Of a stretch of 64,000 nt of DNA, positions 25,672 to 35,729 are shown piece after piece. Every line of letters begins with the position of its first letter. Position 1 is the first letter of the stretch. This DNA comes from Bacteroidia bacterium. Lineage in GTDB: Bacteria; Bacteroidota; Bacteroidia; UKL13-3. Below the pieces are notes generated by a model. The model did not search any database and was not told where the DNA came from. It saw only the letters and a list, made by a program, of their open reading frames with translations. The stretch is from assembly GCA_041675505.1 (NCBI GenBank), contig JBAYTR010000010.1, forward strand, positions 67,895-131,894. The letters run 5' to 3'. Both the position numbers and the translations under genes were made by a program.

Positions 25672-28533
25672 ATGCGCCAACATTTACCTTTTATTTTCTT
25701 ATTGCTGTTTACACTGAGCCGTAGTTTTGTGGCGGCACAAACGGCCAAAACGGGCACCATCAGTGGTAAGGTGGCCGATAAAAAAGATAAGTCGGAGTTG
25801 GTGGGCGTAAACGTAGTCATTAAAGGCACCAAGCTGGTGGCTCAAACCGATATTAACGGAAAGTTTGAATTCAAGAACGTAAAAACCGGGGAATACACGC
25901 TGGAGTTTACCTACATAGGCTACGAAAAAATTGTATACACGGGAGTAAAAGTAAAAGAAAACCAAACCACCACCATTGATATTCAAATGGGCAGCAGTGC
26001 CGCCACCATTGACCAGGATGTGGTGGTAATAGGTCGCAGGCCGCTGGTTGACATTGAGCGTCCGCAAAGTAACAACACGGTAAGTCAGGAGCAGATTGAA
26101 TCAGCACCCGTGAGGCAATTGCAGCAAATCATCAACACACAACCCGGTGTGGTTACCACGCCCTCGGGGGTGCACATTCGTGGTGGCCGCACGTATGAAA
26201 CAGGGTATTTTGTAGATGGTGTTTCGGTTCAGGATCCCTTGTCGGGCACAGGTTTCGGGTTAGACTTGGGCAGCAATTCGCTCTCTTCCATTGATGTATT
26301 AACGGGTGGTATAGGAGCTGAGTTTGGTAATGCTACCTCAGGCGTGGTAAATGCCAAAACAAAATCAGGCGGAGATAAACATGACTTTGCGGTGTTGTAC
26401 AAGCGCGATAACCTGGGTTTTAACCAACAGTGGAAATCGGTATTTAATACACAGGTGTTGGAATTGGGCGGAGGTGGCCCGGCTATGAAAAAACTGCTCA
26501 ACAACAAGCTGAAGTTTTACGCCTCACTTCGCACGTATTTCACTGATGACTATTTTAAAAACCCTGCGAAGCAACTGCACTCTTCTTTGTTTGAGAACGA
26601 AACCTTTTTTGCGCCTTATCAGGACAACCGCTGGTCGGCCTCACTCAAAATGAACTACGATGTTTCCAATAAACAGAAGTTAGCGTTTACGTATTTGCGT
26701 TCGTTCTCCATTAACCAGGACATGAACAACCTGCGCATTACCGGCAACGATGTACCGTATTTACCCGGTTATCCGTTTTTGTTTTCACAACAAATGGACA
26801 ATGCCAATACGTATACCAACAGTTCTAACCTGATGGTGCTTAGCTGGACCGAATTTTTATCCAAACGTTTCTCCTACAAAGCCACCGTTTCGCGTTTGTT
26901 TATCAAACAACGTACGGATGCCAACGGCCGCGACTGGAGACCCAAAACTGTTGACGGAGAATTTGACCCCAATTCCATTGTAACGTATCCGGTTATTCCG
27001 TTTAACCCCGCAGATAGTGTGGTGTTTGTAAATGCACCATCGGGCTTTTACAACAACGGAGGCATAGCCACCCTGTGGCACGATCACTATGTAGAAGAAT
27101 ACACCGTAAATGCAAATGCAACGCTTTATTCAAAAAATACCTTTAACAAACTCACCTTTGGTGTGGAGCAGGTGTTACAGGATATGCAGTGGGTGGATAT
27201 TCGCAGGCCCTGGGTAGGTGCGCCTATTCCTTTGCCTGACGGCACTTACTCCCAGTCTTTCCGTTTAGGAGATTACAGCGATTTGTGGAAAGTAAAACCC
27301 CGCAAAGGCGCCCTGTTCATCAACGACCAGATAAAATACAAAGGTTTAATTGCCAACGTGGGCGCACGTTTTGAGTACTGGGCTCCGGGAAAATTTGTAG
27401 ACGATGCGGTAAAAGATTCCCGCTCACCCATACGCGATGAAATACGCAGTGAGTACAACAGCAGTACCGTTAACTTTTTAGGTCTGCGTCACAAGTTCCG
27501 TTTTTTGCCCCGGGTGTCGGCCAGTTTTCCCATCAAAGAAAACCAGATGTTGTTTTTTAACTACGGGCACACCACCAAAATGCCGCACCCTTCCTTTTTG
27601 TATGCCGGTTTAAATCCGTTGTATACCGACAGGTCAACCGCCAGTGTGTTGGGAAATCCTAACCTTAATCCGGAGGTGGCCATTTCGTATGAACTGGGTT
27701 ACCGTTCGCAAATTACCTCCAACGATGCCATTACCATCTCTGCCTTTTGGGTAGATAATTACGATTTCATCTTGCGTGTACCCATTTTGGTAAAAGATGT
27801 AACCGGCAGAGAAGTACAACGCACCATGGCCATTAACTCCGATTACTCGCGTAAGCGTGGCATTGAAGTAGGTTACATCAGACGCATAGGCAACTGGTTT
27901 ATGGGGCAGGTGAGCGGAAACTTTATGGTGGCCACGGGACAGAGTGCTTCGGCCTCTGAAGCCTTGAAAGAAATTTTAAACACCGGAGCTGCGGAAGACA
28001 CCCGTGAGTTTTTTATGCCCTGGGATACCCGCTTTGACGTGAAAGCCAATGCCTTGTTTAAGGTTGACCGCAAAGGCGGATTGTTCGGAGCCGGATTTTT
28101 AAACAAGTGTTCCTTCTATTTGGAGAATGTGTGGCGCGCAGGTCGCAGGTATACGCCCTATGTACTGGAAGGTTACGAGCCCATTACCGGCAGGCCCATT
28201 TGGGTGCAGGACAACCGTCCGGAAGCCCGCTGGAGTAAGATTGGGCAGAACTGGTTCTGGATAGATTTTAATTTCCGCAAGTGGTACGACTACAAAAAAG
28301 TAAAAGTAGCGTGGACCATTGAGGTAACCAATGTGTTGAACAATAAAAACTCAGCCATTATCAACCCGGTAACCGGCAGGGCCTACACCTCGGGCGATGA
28401 TGTTCCTACGGAATGGCGCGACCCCCGATACAATGACCCCCGCGACCCGCGCTCATCAGGCACCCCACCCAACGACCCTTCGAGGTACTTGCAGCAGCGC
28501 AACTATCTTATAGGCCTGGCCGTTCAGTTCTGA
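25672..28533 (+). CDS. TonB-dependent receptor with N-terminal carboxypeptidase-regulatory-like domain
   Basis: Signal peptide, a CarbopepD_reg-like block (GTISGKVADKKDKSELVGVNVVIKGT), a plug domain (DVVVIGRRP...) and a C-terminal beta-barrel ending in an aromatic residue (F). 953 aa. Confidence 0.85.
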   Translation: MRQHLPFIFLLLFTLSRSFVAAQTAKTGTISGKVADKKDKSELVGVNVVIKGTKLVAQTDINGKFEFKNVKTGEYTLEFTYIGYEKIVYTGVKVKENQTTTIDIQMGSSAATIDQDVVVIGRRPLVDIERPQSNNTVSQEQIESAPVRQLQQIINTQPGVVTTPSGVHIRGGRTYETGYFVDGVSVQDPLSGTGFGLDLGSNSLSSIDVLTGGIGAEFGNATSGVVNAKTKSGGDKHDFAVLYKRDNLGFNQQWKSVFNTQVLELGGGGPAMKKLLNNKLKFYASLRTYFTDDYFKNPAKQLHSSLFENETFFAPYQDNRWSASLKMNYDVSNKQKLAFTYLRSFSINQDMNNLRITGNDVPYLPGYPFLFSQQMDNANTYTNSSNLMVLSWTEFLSKRFSYKATVSRLFIKQRTDANGRDWRPKTVDGEFDPNSIVTYPVIPFNPADSVVFVNAPSGFYNNGGIATLWHDHYVEEYTVNANATLYSKNTFNKLTFGVEQVLQDMQWVDIRRPWVGAPIPLPDGTYSQSFRLGDYSDLWKVKPRKGALFINDQIKYKGLIANVGARFEYWAPGKFVDDAVKDSRSPIRDEIRSEYNSSTVNFLGLRHKFRFLPRVSASFPIKENQMLFFNYGHTTKMPHPSFLYAGLNPLYTDRSTASVLGNPNLNPEVAISYELGYRSQITSNDAITISAFWVDNYDFILRVPILVKDVTGREVQRTMAINSDYSRKRGIEVGYIRRIGNWFMGQVSGNFMVATGQSASASEALKEILNTGAAEDTREFFMPWDTRFDVKANALFKVDRKGGLFGAGFLNKCSFYLENVWRAGRRYTPYVLEGYEPITGRPIWVQDNRPEARWSKIGQNWFWIDFNFRKWYDYKKVKVAWTIEVTNVLNNKNSAIINPVTGRAYTSGDDVPTEWRDPRYNDPRDPRSSGTPPNDPSRYLQQRNYLIGLAVQF

Positions 28534-28628
28534 TAAAAAGAGTCGCATTAAACCGCGTATTTTCCACACGTTTACAATTTTTTAACAAGGGATAGCTAAT
28601 ATTGCAGTTCAATTAATTCTTTAAAAAG

Positions 28629-31600
28629 ATGAAATCAACATTACGATTATTTGTCGCAGGCGCAATGCTCTTTGCTTTAAGCACAGAGACCAGAGCGCAG
28701 GGCCCGTCTAACAACCCGGCCACACCGGGAGCGGCCACCATTTCAGCCAAAAACACTCCTTACTTTCAAAACTTTGATGGTTTGGACATTACAGGAACCA
28801 ACCAGATTAACTTACCTGTTGGCTGGCAAACCAGTGAAAGCGGAAGCGGAGGCAGGTACAACGGTGGTTATGCAGCAGATAACGGTGCAGGCACATCAGG
28901 CGACCTTATCAGTTACGGTGCAACCAGCACAACCGACAGAGCCTTGGGTACCTTGTTGAGTTCCAGCATTGCTCCGCGTTTCGGGGTGTTTGTTAAAAAC
29001 ACTACCGGTTCAGTGGTGGATTCTGTAAGAATAGAATTTACACTCGAACAATGGCGTTGTGGTACAATCAACAGAACCGATTCTTTTATAGTAGAATACA
29101 ACATTAACCGTGGAGGAATAGATACCAACGCTGTGAACAACAGCGGCTGGAGCAGATTCCCCAATCTGTTGTTGAACGGTAAAACATACACGGCAACCGG
29201 TGCGTTGGATGGCAACATTGCCGCCAACCAAACCCGTTTTACAGCTATGCTCACCGGCATTACACTAAACAACAACGACACCCTGGTGATTCGTTTTGTG
29301 GATTACAACGCCACAGGTTCTGATGACGGAATGGCCATTGATTCTTTCTCCATGATTTTTGATCCGTTGATTTTAACACCACAACCCGTAACAGGAATCA
29401 ACGTTACACCTACTTTAACAACAGCAGGAGTTAACTACACTGCACCCGGCAATTTCAGTTCAGCTACCCAACAGTTTGTAGCGTTTTTGAAACAAGGTAC
29501 AGCCATTACAGCAGGTACTCCAACCATGAACCCCGCAGGTTACACCGCCAACAGCGATTTCTCAGCCAACGGTACAGCTTACCAAAACGATGCAGCAGCA
29601 AAATGTGTGTACAAAGGAACAGGAACCAACTTCAACGTAACCGGCCTTCAAGCCAACACAGCGTATCACTTAATGATTTTAACTGTATCCACAGCCGATT
29701 CAGTGTATTCATCAGGCGCAACAGCACAGTTTAGCTCAGGCCGCACCACCATAAACTTCACAGCTAAATCAGGTTCGCAAATTGAAGGAGCAGTGAGCAA
29801 TATCATCAGCGTATCCATTGCCAATCCTTCTACTACGGTAACCGATACTACCTTTGTAGAACTCCAACTTACCGGAGGTGATGCCACCAACGGAGTGGAT
29901 TTAGCTACCACCTTCAACACCACTGTTCTGAAATTCCCGGGTAACTCCACATCGGCACAAACCGTTTCTTTCGGAATTACCAACGATAACACAGACGAGT
30001 GGAACGAGACATTGCAGTTTACCTTACGCAACGTAAGCGGAGGAGCCGCAGCAACTATCGGAGCCGACTCATTGTTTACGTATACCATTGTAGATAATGA
30101 TGGCATTGCTAATCCGGCTTCAGGAGACATTGCGTTTACACAGGTGCAGGCTACCAGCAGCACAGGTGTTTTTGATAACTCGGAATTTATTACACTTAAG
30201 CGTCTTGATTTACGCAACATGGGTGTTACCGACAGAGGAGTATTGACAGACGGAGCGCTTTCTACTACAGAATCAGTATATAACCTGCCTACTACCTCAG
30301 CACTGGCTGATGTTCCTGCGGGAACAGTGGTACGTTTTGTTGCTACTACCGGAACAGACGACACCAATTGGGCAGACGGCATCATGACTTTTTATACTAC
30401 GGCCATGAACCTTTCAACCGGTGGCGACCAGATTATTGCCTTCACCGGATTTAATAACTATGTAGCAGGTATCAACTTTGCCAACAGCGGCTGGACAAGC
30501 GGTTCAACCAATACCAATACCTCAAAAGCACCAGGTACTTTAGCTGATTTGCATGCAGGCACTAAACCCAACGTGCGTTTTAAAGGAATGGTTTCAGGTG
30601 CAGCATCGTTGCTTCGCGACAGCTTAATCAACGTTTCCAGCTGGGATACTTCAGCTACCCGTTTTGCCACTGACTTCGCTACATTCACCTCACAGTTTAA
30701 CGAGCCTGCTTCACAAGCAACCAACCTTACGGTAGCCGGCACCTCATTAAGCAACATTACCCTGAGCTGGAAAGCCTCTGCTGCTGCTCAGCGTTATGCC
30801 GTGGTGATGAATACCTCTTCCACCATCAGCAACCCTGCAGATAGTTTTACCTACAACAACACCAACAATTATAATCAGGCAGATACCGTAATTCTTTCCG
30901 CTTCAGCAATGACCAAAGGAAACGGAAGAGTTGTTTACAGCGGACACGATACCATGGTTGTGGTAAACGGACTGGCCAACGGCACCCGCTACTACTACAA
31001 AGTGTTTGCCTTGAACGGAAACGGTAGTAATGCGAATTACAATGCCAACTCACCACTTTCAGGTGATACTACCACACAAAATCCTGTTGTTCCTGTAGTG
31101 AAATTCGGAACACTTTCTACTACTACTTCTGAAGATTCTACGTCTATAAAAATTCCGGTTAGCTTAACCAACTCCACCAACACAGCGGTGAGCGTTAGTG
31201 TGGCCATTAAAGGCGGAACAGCTACATCAACCAGCGATTACCAGTTGGGTGCTGCTTCAATCAACTTCTCAGGTAACGCAGATACCACCACACACGTTAC
31301 AGTAACCATTGTAAACGACAACCTGGTAGAGGGTGCGGAGAACGTAGTACTTGTTCTGCAAAACATTTCTTCACCGGCTATACTGGATGCCGACTCTGTG
31401 CATACCTTAACCATCAACGACAACGACTTTACTAAAATTGGTTTTGAAGTAAACAGACAAACCATTGCTGAAACCATTGACACCGCCCGCATACGTGTAG
31501 TGATGAAAGATTTGGGTCCGAATGCACCTTACACCGTTAATGTATCAGCTACTCCGTTAACAGCTACAGCAACTCAGGATTATGCTTTAATCACCACTTC

Positions 31601-32990
31601 ACTTACTTTTAGCGGTGCTGCCGATTCTGTAAAAACTGTTTTGGTAAAAGTGTTTAACACCCTGCCACTTGAAGCAAACGAAAGTTTTGTACTTCAACTG
31701 AGCAGCCCCAGCACAGGAGCTGCATTGGATGTAAACGCTACCGACACCATTACCATTAACAACTTCAGCTACCCGTACTATCCTATCGGACAAATTAACA
31801 AAACGGATGCTAACGGAGTATTGGACTCAGCCGGCAGAAGATATGAAGTGCGCGGTATAGTTTACGGAGTAAATATTCGTACAACAGGCCTTCAGTTCAC
31901 CATCCATGACGGCACAGGTGGCTTAGGTACATTTAATACTCCGGCCACCTTTGGCTATACCGTTAAAGAAGGAGATAGTATTATCCTTTTTGGCCGCCTG
32001 AATCAGTTCAACGGTTTAGCTCAGATAGAAGCCATTGATACAATTATTGTAGCAGGTACCAACAAAGCCACGAAAGCACCGGTAACTGTGAGTGCTCTGA
32101 GTGAAGCAACAGAATCAGAATATGTAATGTTCCCATCGCTTACACTTGCTCCTTCAGCTAACTGGCCGGTGACTCCGTTTACCGGAACAGGTCGCAACAT
32201 GTATGCTTACGTTAACGGCAACCCTGCCGATAGTATACAAATCAGAATTGTAGTGACCAGCCCGTTGAACGGCTCACCTCGCCCAACAGAGAAATTTGCT
32301 ATGATTGGTATAGGCGGACAGTTTGATAACAGCAACCCTTTCACCAGCGGTCACCAGTTGTTCCCTATGTTCCTTAACCACATCATTAACGGAGATACAG
32401 TTGGTTTCACCACAGCTTCTGCCACAGTAAATGAAGCAGCAGGTACAGTTAACATCAGTGTGAGCCTTAAAAATCCAACTGCATTACCTACCACGGTTCA
32501 GGTAGCTGTTAATGGCGGATCAGCGGCCGGAAGCAGCGATTATACTTACACCACACAAACCGTTACGTTCCCGGCCAACAGCAATGCAGCGCAAACCGTT
32601 ACGTTAAGCATAACTGACGACAACCTGTTCGAAAGCAACGAGACCATTGCCTTCACCTTGCAAAATGCTACCAACAACGCTACCATTGACCCTGCTGCCG
32701 GTGCTTACATCATCACCATTACCGACAATGATCCTAATGGAGTGAAAGAGTTGAACGCAGTACAATTTAATGTATATCCTAACCCTGCCCGCGAAGTGTT
32801 GAACATTGCAGCAGACAAGGAAATGAACAGCGTAGTAGTAACCGACATTATCGGTAACGTGGTGTTGAACGTTAACGATGTGAATGCGAAGAAAGCTACA
32901 TTAAACACCGCCTCATTGAACGCAGGGGTTTACTTTGTACGGGTATACTCAGCAGAAGGAAGCAGTGTGAAGAAGGTTATAATTAAGTAA
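28629..32990 (+). CDS. Giant secreted T9SS cargo protein with repeated Calx-beta-like/Ig-like domains (1453 aa)
   Basis: Signal peptide. Blocks of the type TVSFGITNDNTDEWNETLQFTL and TVTLSITDDNLFESNETIAFTL recur (Calx-beta-like). The C-terminal roughly 80 aa, VYPNPAREVLNIA...VYFVRVYSAEGSSVKKVIIK, match the Por-secretion C-terminal sorting domain. Confidence 0.8.
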   Translation: MKSTLRLFVAGAMLFALSTETRAQGPSNNPATPGAATISAKNTPYFQNFDGLDITGTNQINLPVGWQTSESGSGGRYNGGYAADNGAGTSGDLISYGATSTTDRALGTLLSSSIAPRFGVFVKNTTGSVVDSVRIEFTLEQWRCGTINRTDSFIVEYNINRGGIDTNAVNNSGWSRFPNLLLNGKTYTATGALDGNIAANQTRFTAMLTGITLNNNDTLVIRFVDYNATGSDDGMAIDSFSMIFDPLILTPQPVTGINVTPTLTTAGVNYTAPGNFSSATQQFVAFLKQGTAITAGTPTMNPAGYTANSDFSANGTAYQNDAAAKCVYKGTGTNFNVTGLQANTAYHLMILTVSTADSVYSSGATAQFSSGRTTINFTAKSGSQIEGAVSNIISVSIANPSTTVTDTTFVELQLTGGDATNGVDLATTFNTTVLKFPGNSTSAQTVSFGITNDNTDEWNETLQFTLRNVSGGAAATIGADSLFTYTIVDNDGIANPASGDIAFTQVQATSSTGVFDNSEFITLKRLDLRNMGVTDRGVLTDGALSTTESVYNLPTTSALADVPAGTVVRFVATTGTDDTNWADGIMTFYTTAMNLSTGGDQIIAFTGFNNYVAGINFANSGWTSGSTNTNTSKAPGTLADLHAGTKPNVRFKGMVSGAASLLRDSLINVSSWDTSATRFATDFATFTSQFNEPASQATNLTVAGTSLSNITLSWKASAAAQRYAVVMNTSSTISNPADSFTYNNTNNYNQADTVILSASAMTKGNGRVVYSGHDTMVVVNGLANGTRYYYKVFALNGNGSNANYNANSPLSGDTTTQNPVVPVVKFGTLSTTTSEDSTSIKIPVSLTNSTNTAVSVSVAIKGGTATSTSDYQLGAASINFSGNADTTTHVTVTIVNDNLVEGAENVVLVLQNISSPAILDADSVHTLTINDNDFTKIGFEVNRQTIAETIDTARIRVVMKDLGPNAPYTVNVSATPLTATATQDYALITTSLTFSGAADSVKTVLVKVFNTLPLEANESFVLQLSSPSTGAALDVNATDTITINNFSYPYYPIGQINKTDANGVLDSAGRRYEVRGIVYGVNIRTTGLQFTIHDGTGGLGTFNTPATFGYTVKEGDSIILFGRLNQFNGLAQIEAIDTIIVAGTNKATKAPVTVSALSEATESEYVMFPSLTLAPSANWPVTPFTGTGRNMYAYVNGNPADSIQIRIVVTSPLNGSPRPTEKFAMIGIGGQFDNSNPFTSGHQLFPMFLNHIINGDTVGFTTASATVNEAAGTVNISVSLKNPTALPTTVQVAVNGGSAAGSSDYTYTTQTVTFPANSNAAQTVTLSITDDNLFESNETIAFTLQNATNNATIDPAAGAYIITITDNDPNGVKELNAVQFNVYPNPAREVLNIAADKEMNSVVVTDIIGNVVLNVNDVNAKKATLNTASLNAGVYFVRVYSAEGSSVKKVIIK

Positions 32991-33007
32991 CCTGACTAAT
33001 ACAGTAT

Positions 33008-33046
33008 AAAAAAGGTCTCCTGATTAATTCAGGAGACCTTTTTTAT
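33008..33046. terminator. Bidirectional rho-independent terminator
   Basis: Stem ggtctcctg (loop attaatt) caggagacc, flanked by an A-tract and a T-tract. It lies between convergent genes. Confidence 0.8.
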
Positions 33047-33068
33047 TTAGTGCTGAACTAGTGTTAAC

Positions 33069-33521
33069 TTATGTGAGTAGTTTTTCAAAGCACACACTAC
33101 TTTCCACATCGGCATATTGGCCATAGTTTTTGATAGTAGTGTAATTGTTCTTTTGGTATAAGCGAATGGCTTCCGGTTGTTTTTTACCGGTTTCCAAAAT
33201 GCATTTTTGGTAGCCCAACTCTTTTGCCCAATTTTCCAGTTCACCTAAAACTATTGATGCAATTCCTTTACCTCGTTTTTCTAACGGAACAAACATTCTT
33301 TTTACTTCCATTACATTCTCCTCATACTCTTTTATTGCGCCACAGCCCACAGCAGCTCCCTCTTCATAAGCCACTACTACGTGTTTAATAGCCGCAATTT
33401 TGTTGAACTGAGCAAAAAATGCATGGTCCTCTCCATCCCGTATGGCAAGGTCTTTATCCAGCGCAGTTACTAATTTTTGAAAATCTGAATTGTCAGAATC
33501 GGTTCTTTTAATTTTGTACAT
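33069..33521 (-). CDS. GNAT-family N-acetyltransferase
   Basis: Acetyl-CoA-binding motif RGKGIASIVLGELENWAKELG; 150 aa. Confidence 0.8.
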   Translation of the reverse strand: MYKIKRTDSDNSDFQKLVTALDKDLAIRDGEDHAFFAQFNKIAAIKHVVVAYEEGAAVGCGAIKEYEENVMEVKRMFVPLEKRGKGIASIVLGELENWAKELGYQKCILETGKKQPEAIRLYQKNNYTTIKNYGQYADVESSVCFEKLLT

Positions 33522-33535
33522 GTTTAATTTATTTT

Positions 33536-34111
33536 TTATTCCAGTCGTTTTTGTTGTTCGCTCGTAGTAATCGCTTTATCCAATCGTGAAAGTCTGGTCT
33601 TTTCTTGTTTGGCATTCATTATCCAATGGATGATTGTTTTTTGGTAAGAAGGTGTTTGAGTTTTAAAGAAACCCCAGGCCTGTTTGTTCTTTTTAAACAG
33701 CTTTTCGTATGCGGGGTCAAGAATATCAGGCTCTTTTTCGTGCGAATAAACAGCTGTTTTTTCGTCTGTTCTTAAATCAAATGCCTTTTGTCCTTCAGCG
33801 GTCATGAGCCCGGCCTTGGTGAGCTCTTCCACCTTTTTAATGTTGATGGTGCTCCAGATACTGTTAGGTCTTCGCGGGGTAAAACGGATGCAGTAACTTT
33901 CATTATCTATGGATCTTCTTACACCGTCAATCCAACCAAAACAAAGTGCTTGATCAACCGACTGCGACCAAGTGATGGAAGGTTTACCGCTACCCACTTT
34001 GTAGAAACCAACAATCAGTTCTGTTTCTTTTTTGTGGTGTTTTTTAAACCACTGCCTGAATGCAGCCGGTGTTGCAAAAAAGGTTACGGTTGTTTTATTG
34101 GTTGGCGCCAT
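33536..34111 (-). CDS. YdeI/OmpD-associated family protein (DUF1801-like)
   Basis: ATG at 34111 (MAPTNK...). The C-terminal QKTIIHWIMNAKQEKTRLSRLDKAI is typical of the YdeI family. Confidence 0.5.
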   Translation of the reverse strand: MAPTNKTTVTFFATPAAFRQWFKKHHKKETELIVGFYKVGSGKPSITWSQSVDQALCFGWIDGVRRSIDNESYCIRFTPRRPNSIWSTINIKKVEELTKAGLMTAEGQKAFDLRTDEKTAVYSHEKEPDILDPAYEKLFKKNKQAWGFFKTQTPSYQKTIIHWIMNAKQEKTRLSRLDKAITTSEQQKRLE

Positions 34112-34152
34112 GAAAATGTTTGACAATATTCACTCAAGTTCAGTTCACAGAT

Positions 34153-34863
34153 TTAAATCGTTCGGCCTTCTTTAACTTTTATTTCAGAGCCCTCAGCCAG
34201 AAATACTGACACAGGTTTTTCGTTTGTGAGGAAACTGAAATCTTGTCCATATACATCACCGAAGTCTACATCAATCAGGTAATCCTTTGTTTCATAAACC
34301 TCCCATTTTGGATGCTCAACACCATACTCAGAAGTTCTCTCATTTGAAATTTTGGTATAACCCCAGTAGTGCTCTGTTATAAATTCCTCCTCGCTGCCGT
34401 CCTTAATGGGAGTTGGTTTTAGATCAGTTATTACTTTTAATGAATTCCATTGCCCTTTTCTCCAGTTGTATTCTATTATTAAACTATCGTTTGAATTTGT
34501 CCAGGAATGACTCATGGGCATAGTCTCGTATTTCTCTTTGTAAACGGTATTGGCCACAAAGGTTAACGCTGGTTTTGGAACAATCTCTTTTATGAAAACA
34601 ACTCCCCGTTTCCATTTTCCGTTGTCTTTGTATCGGACATAAAACCTAAGGTTTACTTCTTCAAAGTTGGTGTGAAACGGTATTTTAAGTCCTTTTACTT
34701 TTGTGTCTTTAAACAGGAACCCAACTAAGCTGACATAACAGGTGTTGTTCCATAAATCAATCTCTGTTTTAGGGGGTAGATACTTATCCAGTATTTTACT
34801 ATCAACTGAATAGTTAGCCATCGCTAACTTTCTCCATTCAGCTTCTAAAAATGTTTTAGACAT
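34153..34863 (-). CDS. DUF2071 (YqjF-like) family protein
   Basis: Internal ATG at 34863 (MSKTFLEAEWRKLAMANY...). The block WNNTCYVSLVGFLF is typical of DUF2071. Confidence 0.5.
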   Translation of the reverse strand: MSKTFLEAEWRKLAMANYSVDSKILDKYLPPKTEIDLWNNTCYVSLVGFLFKDTKVKGLKIPFHTNFEEVNLRFYVRYKDNGKWKRGVVFIKEIVPKPALTFVANTVYKEKYETMPMSHSWTNSNDSLIIEYNWRKGQWNSLKVITDLKPTPIKDGSEEEFITEHYWGYTKISNERTSEYGVEHPKWEVYETKDYLIDVDFGDVYGQDFSFLTNEKPVSVFLAEGSEIKVKEGRTI

Positions 34864-34943
34864 TATATTTTCATTTAACGCGATGGATACGTAAAGGAAT
34901 AACCGCCTCGTCTTATCAGTCAGTAAAGATATAATCCACACCC

Positions 34944-34980
34944 ATTAAAAAATAAAAAAACCCCGAATTTCTCCGGGGTT
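34944..34980 (-). terminator. Rho-independent terminator, bidirectional in structure
   Basis: A7-ccccg...cgggg-T9, 47 bp downstream of the 35027 stop. Confidence 0.7.
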
Positions 34981-35026
34981 TTTTTATTTTATAGCAAGAA
35001 GGCTCGAGAAGCATTAGAGAAGGGCG

Positions 35027-35611
35027 TTAGTTGAACTTGATGTCAAATCGGCATTGGGTTACATTTATTTTTTTCTGCCCGGTTTCATTTTTCATAGAGA
35101 AGTCTTCAAAATAACCCGCAATAATATTTTGAGCAGTGTCTAGGTGGCTGATGTGCAGGATAACAGAGTCATTAAGGTTGGGGGCATCGGTTGAGCGGTA
35201 CATATCGCCACGCCAGTTGATAAAAAGTCCCCGTACTTCGTGTTCAGAATCGTCAAAATAAAATACATACCTTCCTGGTTTTCTGATGTTGTCAAGTCTG
35301 AAATAAAAATGCTCGTCAATTCCCCAACTGATACTGGTTCTGTCGGCCATCATGTAAAGCAGCAATGACCCAGAATTTTCGTAGTAATATTTCGAAAAAA
35401 ATTTTTCAGACATTTCTTCATCGGGGAGCAGATTGCCGTTAATCAAACAGCCGAAAGTATTGTACCCGCCATGTGTTTTCGAAGGCAATAAATGTGCTTC
35501 ATTTTTTGGAGTATCTTTTGGAGTGGTGGTTTCATCCGGACGGCAACTCACACCAGCGAGTAGAAGCAAAACAAAAACTCCTTTAAGCAATTTAGCGACT
35601 TTGGCAGCCAT
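35027..35611 (-). CDS. Hypothetical lipoprotein
   Basis: ATG at 35611 gives MAAKVAKLLKGVFVLLLLAGVSC. Confidence 0.5.
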   Translation of the reverse strand: MAAKVAKLLKGVFVLLLLAGVSCRPDETTTPKDTPKNEAHLLPSKTHGGYNTFGCLINGNLLPDEEMSEKFFSKYYYENSGSLLLYMMADRTSISWGIDEHFYFRLDNIRKPGRYVFYFDDSEHEVRGLFINWRGDMYRSTDAPNLNDSVILHISHLDTAQNIIAGYFEDFSMKNETGQKKINVTQCRFDIKFN

Positions 35612-35729
35612 AAAAATATGGTTTAATATAGGCAAGATAAGGAATTGTCGTAACAAAAAGCAATAAGAATAAAGCAAACAAGCCCACTGTTTTTGCAGCG
35701 GGCTTGTTTAGCAGCGGATGCTGAAACGA

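Noticed and set aside
29666-30385. 239-aa minus-strand ORF
   Set aside because: It lies antisense inside the 1453-aa T9SS cargo gene. The Ser/Thr/Val-rich translation mirrors the sense strand's repeat codons.
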